Virus record (IMG/VR): IMGVR_UViG_3300033143_005193
Location: 32,001-96,000 of that record
Reading direction: 5' to 3' (one strand)
DNA from: a virus
Length of the DNA: 64,000 nt
The first letter of the stretch is position 1. Every line of letters begins with the position of its first letter. The notes beneath the pieces were generated by a model. It had not been told where the DNA came from and searched no databases. It worked only from the letters and a program-made list of their open reading frames with translations. This document shows, in pieces, positions 1 through 8,576 of the stretch. The position numbers and the translations under genes are program-made.

Positions 1-659
1 TCGTTTGTGACTAAGTTAAGATTTTTATCAGTGTATTTATTTTTCATAATAGCGTAAGTTATTCCGTCAAGAATTTTCTTTGTTAATTCTTTCTTTTTAC
101 GTTCTATTTTTGTATTTGAGACATTTTCATCATCTATCATATCATACAAGCTTTTAATTTCTTTAAAAAGCTTTTCATCATTTAAACGATTTAATTGTAA
201 GAATTTTTTAAACTTTTCAAATTTATACATTGATTCAACGTTTATATACTTCCAGGTGTCATGTACATATAAGATAACGTTTTCTAAATCATTAGTTAAT
301 TCAATAGAATCACTCATACCTGGAGCGTATATATACTTCCATGATGAACCTATTGGAAGGAAAATATATGGTAATCCATATGATTTTGCTTCTGAATATA
401 TTGGTGATGTAAATGTTCCTTGGGAACGACATGGCCAACCGAAGATCTTTTTAGAAGCTTTATCTAGAGATTTAGATCCTATTGGGTTTGAATTAAGTGG
501 TTCGCGGTCTTTTCTTGGCATAAATTTATTTATAGTAAATAGTTTCTTATATCCACGATATAAAGTAAGCCTAGGGTATTTGTTTAGGAAATAGGAACAA
601 TCGTTTTTTATTGCTTGAAGTTGTTTATCTTCATTTATAAAATTTTTTAGCCCTGTCAT
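1..659 (-). CDS. ART-fold-like paralog (copy 4, runs off left edge), putative capsid-packaged protein
   Basis: Not in the ORF track. Manual translation from ATG at 659: MTGLKNFINE..LTLYRGYKK..MPRKDREP..FGWPCRSQGTFTSP..YGLPYIFLPIGSSWKYIY..NLVTNE; clear paralog of the three ORFs at 662-2822. Confidence 0.8.
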   Translation of the reverse strand, partial: MTGLKNFINEDKQLQAIKNDCSYFLNKYPRLTLYRGYKKLFTINKFMPRKDREPLNSNPIGSKSLDKASKKIFGWPCRSQGTFTSPIYSEAKSYGLPYIFLPIGSSWKYIYAPGMSDSIELTNDLENVILYVHDTWKYINVESMYKFEKFKKFLQLNRLNDEKLFKEIKSLYDMIDDENVSNTKIERKKKELTKKILDGITYAIMKNKYTDKNLNLVTN

Positions 660-661
660 TG

Positions 662-1366
662 TTACTCCTTGATGAATTCTTGGAAGACTTCGATATTTAT
701 TAGATAATAGCCTTCTTTTTGGCAATTAAAGATTACTTCTTCGTTTGTGATTTTGTTGAAATTTTTATCTATATATAATTCTTTCATAATTATTAGAGCC
801 GATACATAAAGAATTTCTTTTATTTGATCTTTTCTTATATGTTCCGTTTTTTTATTTAAGATATTATTATTAATAATAATATCATCAAAAACAGTTTTAT
901 AATGGATAAAACGTCCTAAAAATTCTCTTAATTCTTTAATAATATCTGAATATCTTTTTTTATCATTTTCATATACAACTATATCATATAAATCTTCTGT
1001 AAATTTTATTGAATCTTGTGTAATGGGTGTGTATATATACTTCCATGAAGATCCTATAGGAAGGAAGATATATGGTAATCCATACATGCTTGCTTCTGAA
1101 TATACTGGTGATGTAAATGTACCTTGGGATCTACATGGCCAACCAAAAACTTCTTTTGAGGCCCTATCGAAAGCTTTTGATACTATCATACTTGTATGTA
1201 GTGGTTCACGGTCTTTTCTTGGCATGAATTTTTTTATATATATATCTTTTTTCTTACGATATCCACGATATAGAGTAATATTTGGATATTTAGTTAGGAA
1301 ATGATGACAATCATCTTTTACTTTTTGTATTTCATTTTCTTTTATAAAGTTTTCTAATCTTGTCAT
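662..1366 (-). CDS. ART-fold-like paralog (copy 3)
   Basis: LYRG / GTFTS / A..YG.PY.F / NEEVIF motifs; N-terminus MTRLENFIKE. Confidence 0.75.
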   Translation of the reverse strand: MTRLENFIKENEIQKVKDDCHHFLTKYPNITLYRGYRKKKDIYIKKFMPRKDREPLHTSMIVSKAFDRASKEVFGWPCRSQGTFTSPVYSEASMYGLPYIFLPIGSSWKYIYTPITQDSIKFTEDLYDIVVYENDKKRYSDIIKELREFLGRFIHYKTVFDDIIINNNILNKKTEHIRKDQIKEILYVSALIIMKELYIDKNFNKITNEEVIFNCQKEGYYLINIEVFQEFIKE

Positions 1367-1380
1367 TTTTTAAAACCTCT

Positions 1381-2103
1381 TTAAATTAGAAAATAAGGAT
1401 TTTCTATCCATTTTTGGTAAATATCTGGATTTATTAGATAATAACCTTCTTTTTGACAATTGAATATAACTTCTTCTATAGTGACTAAGTTAAGATTTTT
1501 ATCAGTGTATTTATTTTTCAATACTCTATAAGATAGAATATCTAAAATTTTTAAAGAAACTTTGTTTTTTAGATCTGTGAGATTTTTATCAGTGGAGAAT
1601 TTCATATTATATTTGAATGATGCCATCATGTTATTGATATCTTTATCATGGATATTATGATCTGATAAAATATTTTTATAAACAGCATAAATTTCACTAT
1701 ATCTTGCATTTGAATTAATATATTTAGCAATTATATTCATATCGTATGTTAAGTTTATGGAATCTCTTATATCTGGCGCGTATATATACTTCCAGGAAGA
1801 TCCTATAGGAAGGAAGACATATGGATCACCATATTCTTTGGCTTGTCGTATGATTTTGGTTACAAATGTTCCTTGGGATCTACAGGGCCAACCGAAGATC
1901 TTTTTGGAATCTCTATCTAGAATTTTTGATACTATTGGGTTCATATCAACAGGTTTTCTGTCTTTACGAGGCATTACTTTTAAAACACTAATATGTTTTT
2001 TAACACCTCTGTAGAAAATATTTCTTGGGAATTTTTCTAAATAAAAAGAACAGTCTCTTTTAACCGATATCATATCATTTACTAAGTATTCTTTTAATTT
2101 CAT
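1381..2103 (-). CDS. ART-fold-like paralog (copy 2)
   Basis: FYRG / GTFVT / A..YG.PY.F / IEEVIF; ATG at 2103 with an AGGTG SD-like sequence; MKLKEYLVND. Confidence 0.75.
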   Translation of the reverse strand: MKLKEYLVNDMISVKRDCSFYLEKFPRNIFYRGVKKHISVLKVMPRKDRKPVDMNPIVSKILDRDSKKIFGWPCRSQGTFVTKIIRQAKEYGDPYVFLPIGSSWKYIYAPDIRDSINLTYDMNIIAKYINSNARYSEIYAVYKNILSDHNIHDKDINNMMASFKYNMKFSTDKNLTDLKNKVSLKILDILSYRVLKNKYTDKNLNLVTIEEVIFNCQKEGYYLINPDIYQKWIENPYFLI

Positions 2104-2114
2104 AGTCACACCTT

Positions 2115-2822
2115 TTAAAGATAAATATCAGGATCTATTAGATAATAGCCTTCTTTTTGACAATTGAATATAACTTCTTCATTTTTAGTTTTATCTAAGT
2201 TTTTGTTTGTGTATTTATTTTTTATAAGTACAATAGCATATTCTTCTGCGATTCTTTTTGTTAATTGTTTTTTTATTGATTCTATTTTTGAAGGGTTTTC
2301 ATTTTTTAAAACCATATCATACCAATTGTCCAAATCTTTATTGAGATTTTTATCATATATTAATTTTTTTTCTGATAGAGATGATTTAAGAATATTAAAA
2401 ACATAATTATAATCTTTTGATTGAGTAGGAATAGCAAATAAATAACCTAAATTATTTATTGTTTCCACAGAATCATCTAATCCCGGAGAATAAATATACT
2501 TCCAGGAAGATCCTATAGGAAGAAAAAAGTATGGCTTACCATAGAATCTTGCATATTCTATATTTTTAGTTACGAATGTTCCTTGGGAACGACATGGCCA
2601 ACCGAAGATCTTTTTGGAGGCTTTGTCTAGAGCTTTAGATCCTATTGGGTCTGAATCAAGTGGTACACGGTCTTTTCTTGGCATGAATTTTTCTATAGTA
2701 AATAGTTTCTTATATCCACGATATAGAATAAGGTTAGGGTATTTATTTAGGAAATAGGAACAGTCTTTTTTCACTGTTCCGAAGCTGATATTGTTTTCTG
2801 TTAAATAATTTTTGAATTTCAT
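2115..2822 (-). CDS. ART-fold-like paralog (copy 1)
   Basis: LYRG / GTFVT / A..YG.PY.F / NEEVIF; MKFKNYLTE N-terminus. Confidence 0.75.
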   Translation of the reverse strand: MKFKNYLTENNISFGTVKKDCSYFLNKYPNLILYRGYKKLFTIEKFMPRKDRVPLDSDPIGSKALDKASKKIFGWPCRSQGTFVTKNIEYARFYGKPYFFLPIGSSWKYIYSPGLDDSVETINNLGYLFAIPTQSKDYNYVFNILKSSLSEKKLIYDKNLNKDLDNWYDMVLKNENPSKIESIKKQLTKRIAEEYAIVLIKNKYTNKNLDKTKNEEVIFNCQKEGYYLIDPDIYL

Positions 2823-2827
2823 ACTAA

Positions 2828-2835
2828 TATTTATT
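2828..2835 (-). promoter_or_regulatory. putative T4-like late promoter (AATAAATA), leaderless position
   Basis: Minus strand reads AATAAATA-TTAGT-ATG; no SD upstream of ATG 2822. Confidence 0.45.
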
Positions 2836-2858
2836 AAAAAATGAATGAAAAAATAATT

Positions 2859-3128
2859 TTATAATAATAGAGTAAAGTAATGTAGAAGAGAATAATCATC
2901 TTGGATTTCAGAAAGATTTGTCAATAAGGATTTGTAATAATTATCATTATCATTATTATATATTTTTCTGCAAAAATTTCTAATGTCATTTGTGTATTTT
3001 TTTAATATTCTTGGTGATTTATTAACGAAATTAACAATAAATTCTTTTAAAAAATCATATTCATCAATATTATATATATTTATATCATAATATAGGTTCC
3101 ATTTATTAATTAATATAGAAATTTTCAT
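2859..3128 (-). CDS. hypothetical protein
   Basis: 89-aa ORF with AAAGGAAA SD and an upstream sigma70-like promoter. Confidence 0.6.
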   Translation of the reverse strand: MKISILINKWNLYYDINIYNIDEYDFLKEFIVNFVNKSPRILKKYTNDIRNFCRKIYNNDNDNYYKSLLTNLSEIQDDYSLLHYFTLLL

Positions 3129-3160
3129 TAGAATTTTCCTTTCATTGGCTTTCTATGTGA

Positions 3161-3188
3161 ATTGTAACAGAAAAATAGAAAATGTAAA
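3161..3188 (-). promoter_or_regulatory. sigma70-like early promoter
   Basis: TTTACA-N16-TACAAT with extended -10 TG on the minus strand. Confidence 0.35.
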
Positions 3189-3211
3189 TGAAAAAAATAA
3201 AATTTTTTATA

Positions 3212-3219
3212 TATAAATA
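3212..3219 (+). promoter_or_regulatory. T4-type late promoter TATAAATA
   Basis: Exact T4 late consensus directly upstream of the baseplate/tail operon; a gp55 gene is present in the window. Confidence 0.55.
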
Positions 3220-3310
3220 CTATAAAATAGAATAAAAATAATTATAATTATTTATGTTTACTTTTTAGTAAAAAATTATGATAATTATCATTATAAGGAG
3301 AAATGGATAA

Positions 3311-3661
3311 ATGGATTTTTATGGTATTAATATGAAAGGTCCTTTTTATGGTGAAAGAGTTTCTACTTTACCTGTATGGACATCTATCGATGAGGGTAGA
3401 GAAGTTTATTGTCTTGATACAAATAAACGATATTATGGTAATAGCACTGGATGGGTTGAAATACCAGACATAATAAATGCTTCTGTAAAAACGACACCTG
3501 TTGATAATGATTATATACCTATCATAGATTCAGAAGATAATAATACATTAAAGAAAATACGAGTATCAACCATTACTGTTGATTATGATATATTTATATC
3601 TTCAAGTGTACCAACTGGTGGTGATGGAGAAAATAATGATATATGGATACAATACACGTAA
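3311..3661 (+). CDS. putative virion structural protein
   Basis: First gene of the late operon; TTPVDNDYIPIIDS and SSSVPTGGDGENNDIWIQY motifs of the kind seen in tail-fibre modules. Confidence 0.55.
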   Translation: MDFYGINMKGPFYGERVSTLPVWTSIDEGREVYCLDTNKRYYGNSTGWVEIPDIINASVKTTPVDNDYIPIIDSEDNNTLKKIRVSTITVDYDIFISSSVPTGGDGENNDIWIQYT

Positions 3662-3978
3662 TAAAACTTTGTTCTCAAAGAAAATCTGATCATTTTAAAA
3701 TAAATGATATTGTTTATTATTTAAAAGATAATGAAATAACAAAAGGATATATAGAAAAAGTGTTTGAAAATTTATATTTTTCTGCTAATATAAATAACAA
3801 ATCCTATGTTTTTTTTATTATTTCACCTTATTTTGTTCTAGAAAAAGAATTTAATCTTCTTTCTGAAAGTAAAGAAAATTGGTATAGTTGGTGTAATCAA
3901 TATAATATAAATATACCATATGAAAAAGCTTTAAGTAATAACTTATCCATAGACATCGAAAAAGATTTATTAATATAA
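3643..3978 (+). CDS. hypothetical protein
   Basis: 111-aa ORF, overlapping and co-oriented within the operon. Confidence 0.55.
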   Translation: MDTIHVIKLCSQRKSDHFKINDIVYYLKDNEITKGYIEKVFENLYFSANINNKSYVFFIISPYFVLEKEFNLLSESKENWYSWCNQYNINIPYEKALSNNLSIDIEKDLLI

Positions 3979-3989
3979 CGGGAGTAAAA

Positions 3990-4376
3990 ATGGCTATTGT
4001 AAATCCAAATAAAACATATTATCAAATTAAAAATAAAAAACTTAGTAATCTTAGTATGCTTAAACTTTATAATATTCTGAAAGACACTGATGATAGAAAT
4101 TACTTCATGAATATTTTTAGATCTTTTGATGTAAATGAAGAAGCATCCAGAAATGTTCTATATTATTCAACATATGAAGTAGGTGAAAATGATATTTTTT
4201 TGGATAACATTTCTTATAAAATATACAAAACACCTCATTTATGGTGGGTCATTGCATTGATAAATAACATACAAAATCCATTTGAAGATTTAAATGTTGG
4301 TGATAATATAAAAGTATTAAAAAACGAATATATATCTCAAGTACTAAAAGACGTTGAAACTATTGGTAGCTTATAA
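3990..4376 (+). CDS. baseplate wedge protein gp53-like (LysM-like)
   Basis: YEVGENDIFLDNISYKIYKTPHLWWVIALINNIQNPF..L..GD.IK; position before the hub and gp5. Confidence 0.8.
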   Translation: MAIVNPNKTYYQIKNKKLSNLSMLKLYNILKDTDDRNYFMNIFRSFDVNEEASRNVLYYSTYEVGENDIFLDNISYKIYKTPHLWWVIALINNIQNPFEDLNVGDNIKVLKNEYISQVLKDVETIGSL

Positions 4377-5638
4377 TGAATAATCTTGATGAAAAAAGAA
4401 GGGATGATTTTTCAGCACATTTAACAGTATTTTTATCATTAGAATCTGGTGTTTTTCAATTATCACCAGAAAAGATAATAGATTGTTATTTTATAGAAGA
4501 TATATTTTCCTATAATATGTTAGGGAAACTAAGATTTATTGATTCAGAAGGTATATTTGAAATAGGTCCGTTTACTGGAAATGAAGCTATTGTTTTATCA
4601 TATGGAACTGATCAAAAAGTTTCTATGATTTTTAATATTTGGAAAGTATCTGATATATCACAACAATCAAATGTTGATGCTTCAGCTGGTTCTGTTATAA
4701 GTGTTGATTTTGTTGATATATCTTTTAATATTTTCTTTTTAAGAAAATTTAGTAGAAGCTGGCCTATAAGAACATTATATAGTGATGTGGCTAAAGATAT
4801 TTTAAATAAAGTCGGTTCTTTAAAAAAACTTGATATAGATTTAAATGTAGAAGAAAGTTTAAATAGAATAGAAAAAGAACCTTTAAGTTTTCCATATTTA
4901 ACTGTTATAGAATCATTGAAATATCTCTCGAAAAGAATAGTAAGTAAAGAAATGAAAACAAGCGGTTATCTATGTTATACTAACATAATAGATGGGAAAC
5001 AAACGGTAAACTATCGTTCTATGAATTGGTTATTAAGTGATTTGAATTATCAAGAACCCGACGAATATTCATTTATTACAAATGATATAAATGATAAGAA
5101 TAGAATTTATGAATATTCGATAAATGGTATTGATAAGCTTTCTTATAAGGTATTAAAAGGTGGAAGATGGTTGGGTTTTGATTTTGATACTAAATCTTTT
5201 TTAACATATGAATCTACATATGAAAATGAATTAAAAAGAACTTCTGTATTGGGTAACTACTCTCTTTTTAGTGATGTTAGTAGTACTGAAATAACTAATA
5301 ATTTGATTGGTTGTAGAAGTTTATATGATTTAAAACAATATGCTAATGCTGAATGGCAACAAAGATATAATAAACAACAATTAATAACAATTATTGTTAT
5401 GGGAAAAGAATATAGATATGCTGGTATGCAAATAAAAATATCGAAATGGCCTAGTTATCATCATGAAAATAAAGTTAATGAACTTTTAAATGGAAAATTT
5501 TTAATTAAAAGTATTAAGCATAGATTAGCTGAAGGAAACAGAATATCATATTCTCAAGAAATTGTATTAATAAAGAATGGATATGAGAATTTACAAACAA
5601 ATTGGTTACAAAAGAGTACTACAAAGAATATTATATAA
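4376..5638 (+). CDS. baseplate hub / tail protein (gp27-like)
   Basis: IEDIFS..GKLRFIDS.G..E.GPFTGNE N-terminus, C-terminal GKFLIKSIKH; between gp53 and gp5. Confidence 0.6.
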   Translation: MNNLDEKRRDDFSAHLTVFLSLESGVFQLSPEKIIDCYFIEDIFSYNMLGKLRFIDSEGIFEIGPFTGNEAIVLSYGTDQKVSMIFNIWKVSDISQQSNVDASAGSVISVDFVDISFNIFFLRKFSRSWPIRTLYSDVAKDILNKVGSLKKLDIDLNVEESLNRIEKEPLSFPYLTVIESLKYLSKRIVSKEMKTSGYLCYTNIIDGKQTVNYRSMNWLLSDLNYQEPDEYSFITNDINDKNRIYEYSINGIDKLSYKVLKGGRWLGFDFDTKSFLTYESTYENELKRTSVLGNYSLFSDVSSTEITNNLIGCRSLYDLKQYANAEWQQRYNKQQLITIIVMGKEYRYAGMQIKISKWPSYHHENKVNELLNGKFLIKSIKHRLAEGNRISYSQEIVLIKNGYENLQTNWLQKSTTKNII

Positions 5639-5652
5639 AGGAATAAGAAATA

Positions 5653-7485
5653 ATGATTTTAAAAAATCATCCAGATGATGTAAAGGTTTTTGATGGAAGA
5701 TTTAATGGTATTTATAGGGGTGTTGTTGAAGACAACAATCCAGTTGATGAAAATGGAAATCCTTATAAAGATGGTAGAATAAGGGTAAGAATTTTTGGAT
5801 TACATACACCTAATAAAATTTCTTCCGAAACTGATGGAATACCAACAGAACATTTACCGTTAGCAGAACCTGTTTTTTCTCTTTTTGAGGGAAGTATAAG
5901 CGGACATGGGTGTTGGTCGGTGCCATTGAATGGATCTCATGTAATGTGTTTCTTTGAAAATGGTAATATAAATCAATTGAAATATTTTGGTACTGTTCCA
6001 GGAATTCCAACATCAACACCTGATAAAACTATTGGTTTTAATGATCCTGATGGTGTTTTTCCTGAATCTGATAGAATAAACGAACCCGATGTTAATAGGT
6101 TAGCAAGAGAAGAAGTTGTGGATACACAAATATCACACAGAACAGGATCATTGGTTAAAGGTGTATATCAATCAAATGCTGAAACATGGGATGAACCTTT
6201 TCCATCATATAATACTGAATATCCTCATAATATAGTTTTAAATACTCATGGTGGTATGTTAATAGAAATTGATTCAACACCAAATAATGAAAGGTATCAT
6301 ATCTTCCATCCATCCAATACTTTTATAGAAGTAGATCCAAGTGGTAATGTTATAATAAAAAATAAATCAAACAAATATGAAATTGTTTGTGGTGATAGAT
6401 ATTCACAGTTTTCTAAAAATAATAGTAAAACAATCAGTGGTAATGAAATGGTAAAAATTTTTGGTGAAAAAATAGATGAAATAGATACAGATTTAACAAT
6501 AACAATAGGTAATAGTAGAGATGAAAGTGTTGAATCGGATTATTTATTGAATATAGGTGGTTCATGTAATATAAATGTTGGAAGCAATTGTAAAATTTCT
6601 TCTGATTCAAGTGTAACTGTTGTTGCTCCTTCTGTTAATGTAAGTGGTCTTAATGGATGTACTATAGCTTCTGATACAAGTGTTACTATAAAAGCTCCTT
6701 CTGTTAATATAAATGAAGGTGGATCAGCTACAGTATCAACCGAAACAGTAATAACAAGAGAACCAGGTGGTTCCCCGGTTGAATGTATTAATAATGTTTA
6801 TACGGAAGTTGATTATGGAAATATTGATGATGAACCAGATGTTGATGATGGTTTAAATATCTATCCACCAACGAGTAATCCAACATCAGAAGATATTGCT
6901 AGATCTGAAAAATTAGATGTTTCACCAACAGAAACCAAGGGGGAAGATAGCGTAGAACCAACACAAGCGGAGACATTTCAAGCCGATTGTAGTGATATTG
7001 AGTCACCACCTAGTTCATCATTACAACTTTCGAGTAATTTTACTTTAGATCAATTGACTACAAACACATCTTTATCTAGTTATACATTAAAGAGTCAAGC
7101 TGGACTTGAGGATTATCAAATTGCTTGTAATTTAAGAGCTTTGTGTGAAAATGTATTAGAACCAATTGTTAGTGAATATGGAAAAAGTTCTTTTATTATA
7201 ACATCTGGATTTAGACATGGTTCTGGTAAATCACAACACGAAAAAGGACAAGCTGTTGATATTCAATTTCCATCAAAATCAAATGCTTTAGTTTATAATA
7301 TAGCTGTATGGATAAAGGATAATCTTAATTTTGATCAGTTAATACTTGAATATGGTGGTAATAAACCTTGGATTCATATATCATATAATCAAGATGGTAA
7401 TAGACCAGTATCACATGGAGCTAAATTCGGAACAAGAATTTCTGCTGGTAATTATGTATGGCGTGTATTGAAATATATGGAATAG
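5653..7485 (+). CDS. gp5-like baseplate spike with C-terminal peptidase M15 domain
   Basis: OB-fold GIYRGVVED..GRIRVRIFGLH; YPHNIV.T.GG..IEID.TP..ER..FHPS; beta-helix repeats; C-terminal ITSGFR..SQHEKGQAVD..WIHIS. Confidence 0.85.
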   Translation: MILKNHPDDVKVFDGRFNGIYRGVVEDNNPVDENGNPYKDGRIRVRIFGLHTPNKISSETDGIPTEHLPLAEPVFSLFEGSISGHGCWSVPLNGSHVMCFFENGNINQLKYFGTVPGIPTSTPDKTIGFNDPDGVFPESDRINEPDVNRLAREEVVDTQISHRTGSLVKGVYQSNAETWDEPFPSYNTEYPHNIVLNTHGGMLIEIDSTPNNERYHIFHPSNTFIEVDPSGNVIIKNKSNKYEIVCGDRYSQFSKNNSKTISGNEMVKIFGEKIDEIDTDLTITIGNSRDESVESDYLLNIGGSCNINVGSNCKISSDSSVTVVAPSVNVSGLNGCTIASDTSVTIKAPSVNINEGGSATVSTETVITREPGGSPVECINNVYTEVDYGNIDDEPDVDDGLNIYPPTSNPTSEDIARSEKLDVSPTETKGEDSVEPTQAETFQADCSDIESPPSSSLQLSSNFTLDQLTTNTSLSSYTLKSQAGLEDYQIACNLRALCENVLEPIVSEYGKSSFIITSGFRHGSGKSQHEKGQAVDIQFPSKSNALVYNIAVWIKDNLNFDQLILEYGGNKPWIHISYNQDGNRPVSHGAKFGTRISAGNYVWRVLKYME

Positions 7486-7494
7486 AGGGAAAAA

Positions 7495-7851
7495 ATGGAA
7501 ATAGTGAAACATAAAAAAGGTGTTATAGAAAGTAAATTTGATGAAAATACAAATACTTTATACATTGATTTTCTTAATAAAAATATAAATATAGTTGTTA
7601 ATGGTAATCTTTCATTTTGTTTTGATGGTGAGCTAAGTTGTGTGACAAATAATAACAATATATGTTTGGATTCAATAAATGGCGCGATTTATTTGAATTC
7701 ACGATGGGGTAAAAATATAAGAAATCTACCAGAAAGTATTGAATATAGAGAAGAACAAAGTAAAAATAATTTTTATTTAAGATTAAAAAAACTTGAAGAA
7801 GAAATAAGGATTTTAAAAGATGTCATACAAAGGAATAGTAAGGAAAACTGA
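7495..7851 (+). CDS. hypothetical baseplate-associated protein
   Basis: 118-aa ORF between gp5 and PAAR. Confidence 0.6.
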   Translation: MEIVKHKKGVIESKFDENTNTLYIDFLNKNINIVVNGNLSFCFDGELSCVTNNNNICLDSINGAIYLNSRWGKNIRNLPESIEYREEQSKNNFYLRLKKLEEEIRILKDVIQRNSKEN

Positions 7852-8116
7852 TAATTGTTCAGGACATGGTTGTTGGCCACCAAGACCATCTGCTGAAGCT
7901 TCTACTGATGTTCTTATTAATGGAATAGGTGTTGTTAGATATGGTGATACAATGGAAATTCATTGTTGCCCGCCTGATATAGATTGTCATGGTGGAACAC
8001 ATATTGGTGTTCGTGATGTATATGCTAATGGTCTTTCTATTCAAGTTACCGGTGATCCTATTGATTGTGGTTCAGTTTGTGATGAATGTTCACCAGATAC
8101 ATTCATTGGTTCGTGA
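7820..8116 (+). CDS. PAAR spike-tip protein (gp5.4-like)
   Basis: DNCSGHGCWPP..VLINGIGVVRYGD..HCC..H..VYANG..GDPIDCGS. Confidence 0.85.
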   Translation: MSYKGIVRKTDNCSGHGCWPPRPSAEASTDVLINGIGVVRYGDTMEIHCCPPDIDCHGGTHIGVRDVYANGLSIQVTGDPIDCGSVCDECSPDTFIGS

Positions 8117-8197
8117 AAAAAAAATGTTGTGTATGTGTGTGGAAAAACAGGGTTTTTTGGGGATATTTTTGGGTAAAAATATTAAGGAGATGTAATA

Positions 8198-8575
8198 ATG
8201 GCAACGAATATATATTCTGACATAGATATTGAATTAACTAGAGATTCTACTGGTGATATAAAAAAAGACACAGATAAAGATGCTATCCTTAATAGTATAT
8301 CAAATATCATGGAAACAATGAGAGGCAGTAGAAGAATGCTTCCTGAATTTGCTGATAACCCAACAACACTACTTTTTGAACCAATAGACGAGAGAACAGC
8401 AGCGAAAATAGGAGAAATTTTAATAGATTCAATAGAAATTTGGGATGATAGAATAAACATAAATGGATTGAAAATACAACCAGTTCCTGATAAAAATATG
8501 TATGTTTGTAGATTATCAATGACAGTTAAGTCAAGTAATAAAACAGAAACAATTGATTTCATTTTAAGGAGTTAA
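8198..8575 (+). CDS. baseplate wedge subunit gp25
   Basis: YSDID..GDI..D.DAI.NSI.NI..T.RG.R.M.PEF...LLFEP. Confidence 0.9.
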   Translation: MATNIYSDIDIELTRDSTGDIKKDTDKDAILNSISNIMETMRGSRRMLPEFADNPTTLLFEPIDERTAAKIGEILIDSIEIWDDRININGLKIQPVPDKNMYVCRLSMTVKSSNKTETIDFILRS

Positions 8576-8576
8576 A

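Noticed and set aside
256-2014. Three similar plus-strand ORFs (256-594, 1023-1304, 1757-2014)
   Set aside because: Antisense shadows of the conserved part of the minus-strand paralogs; starts and lengths are inconsistent.
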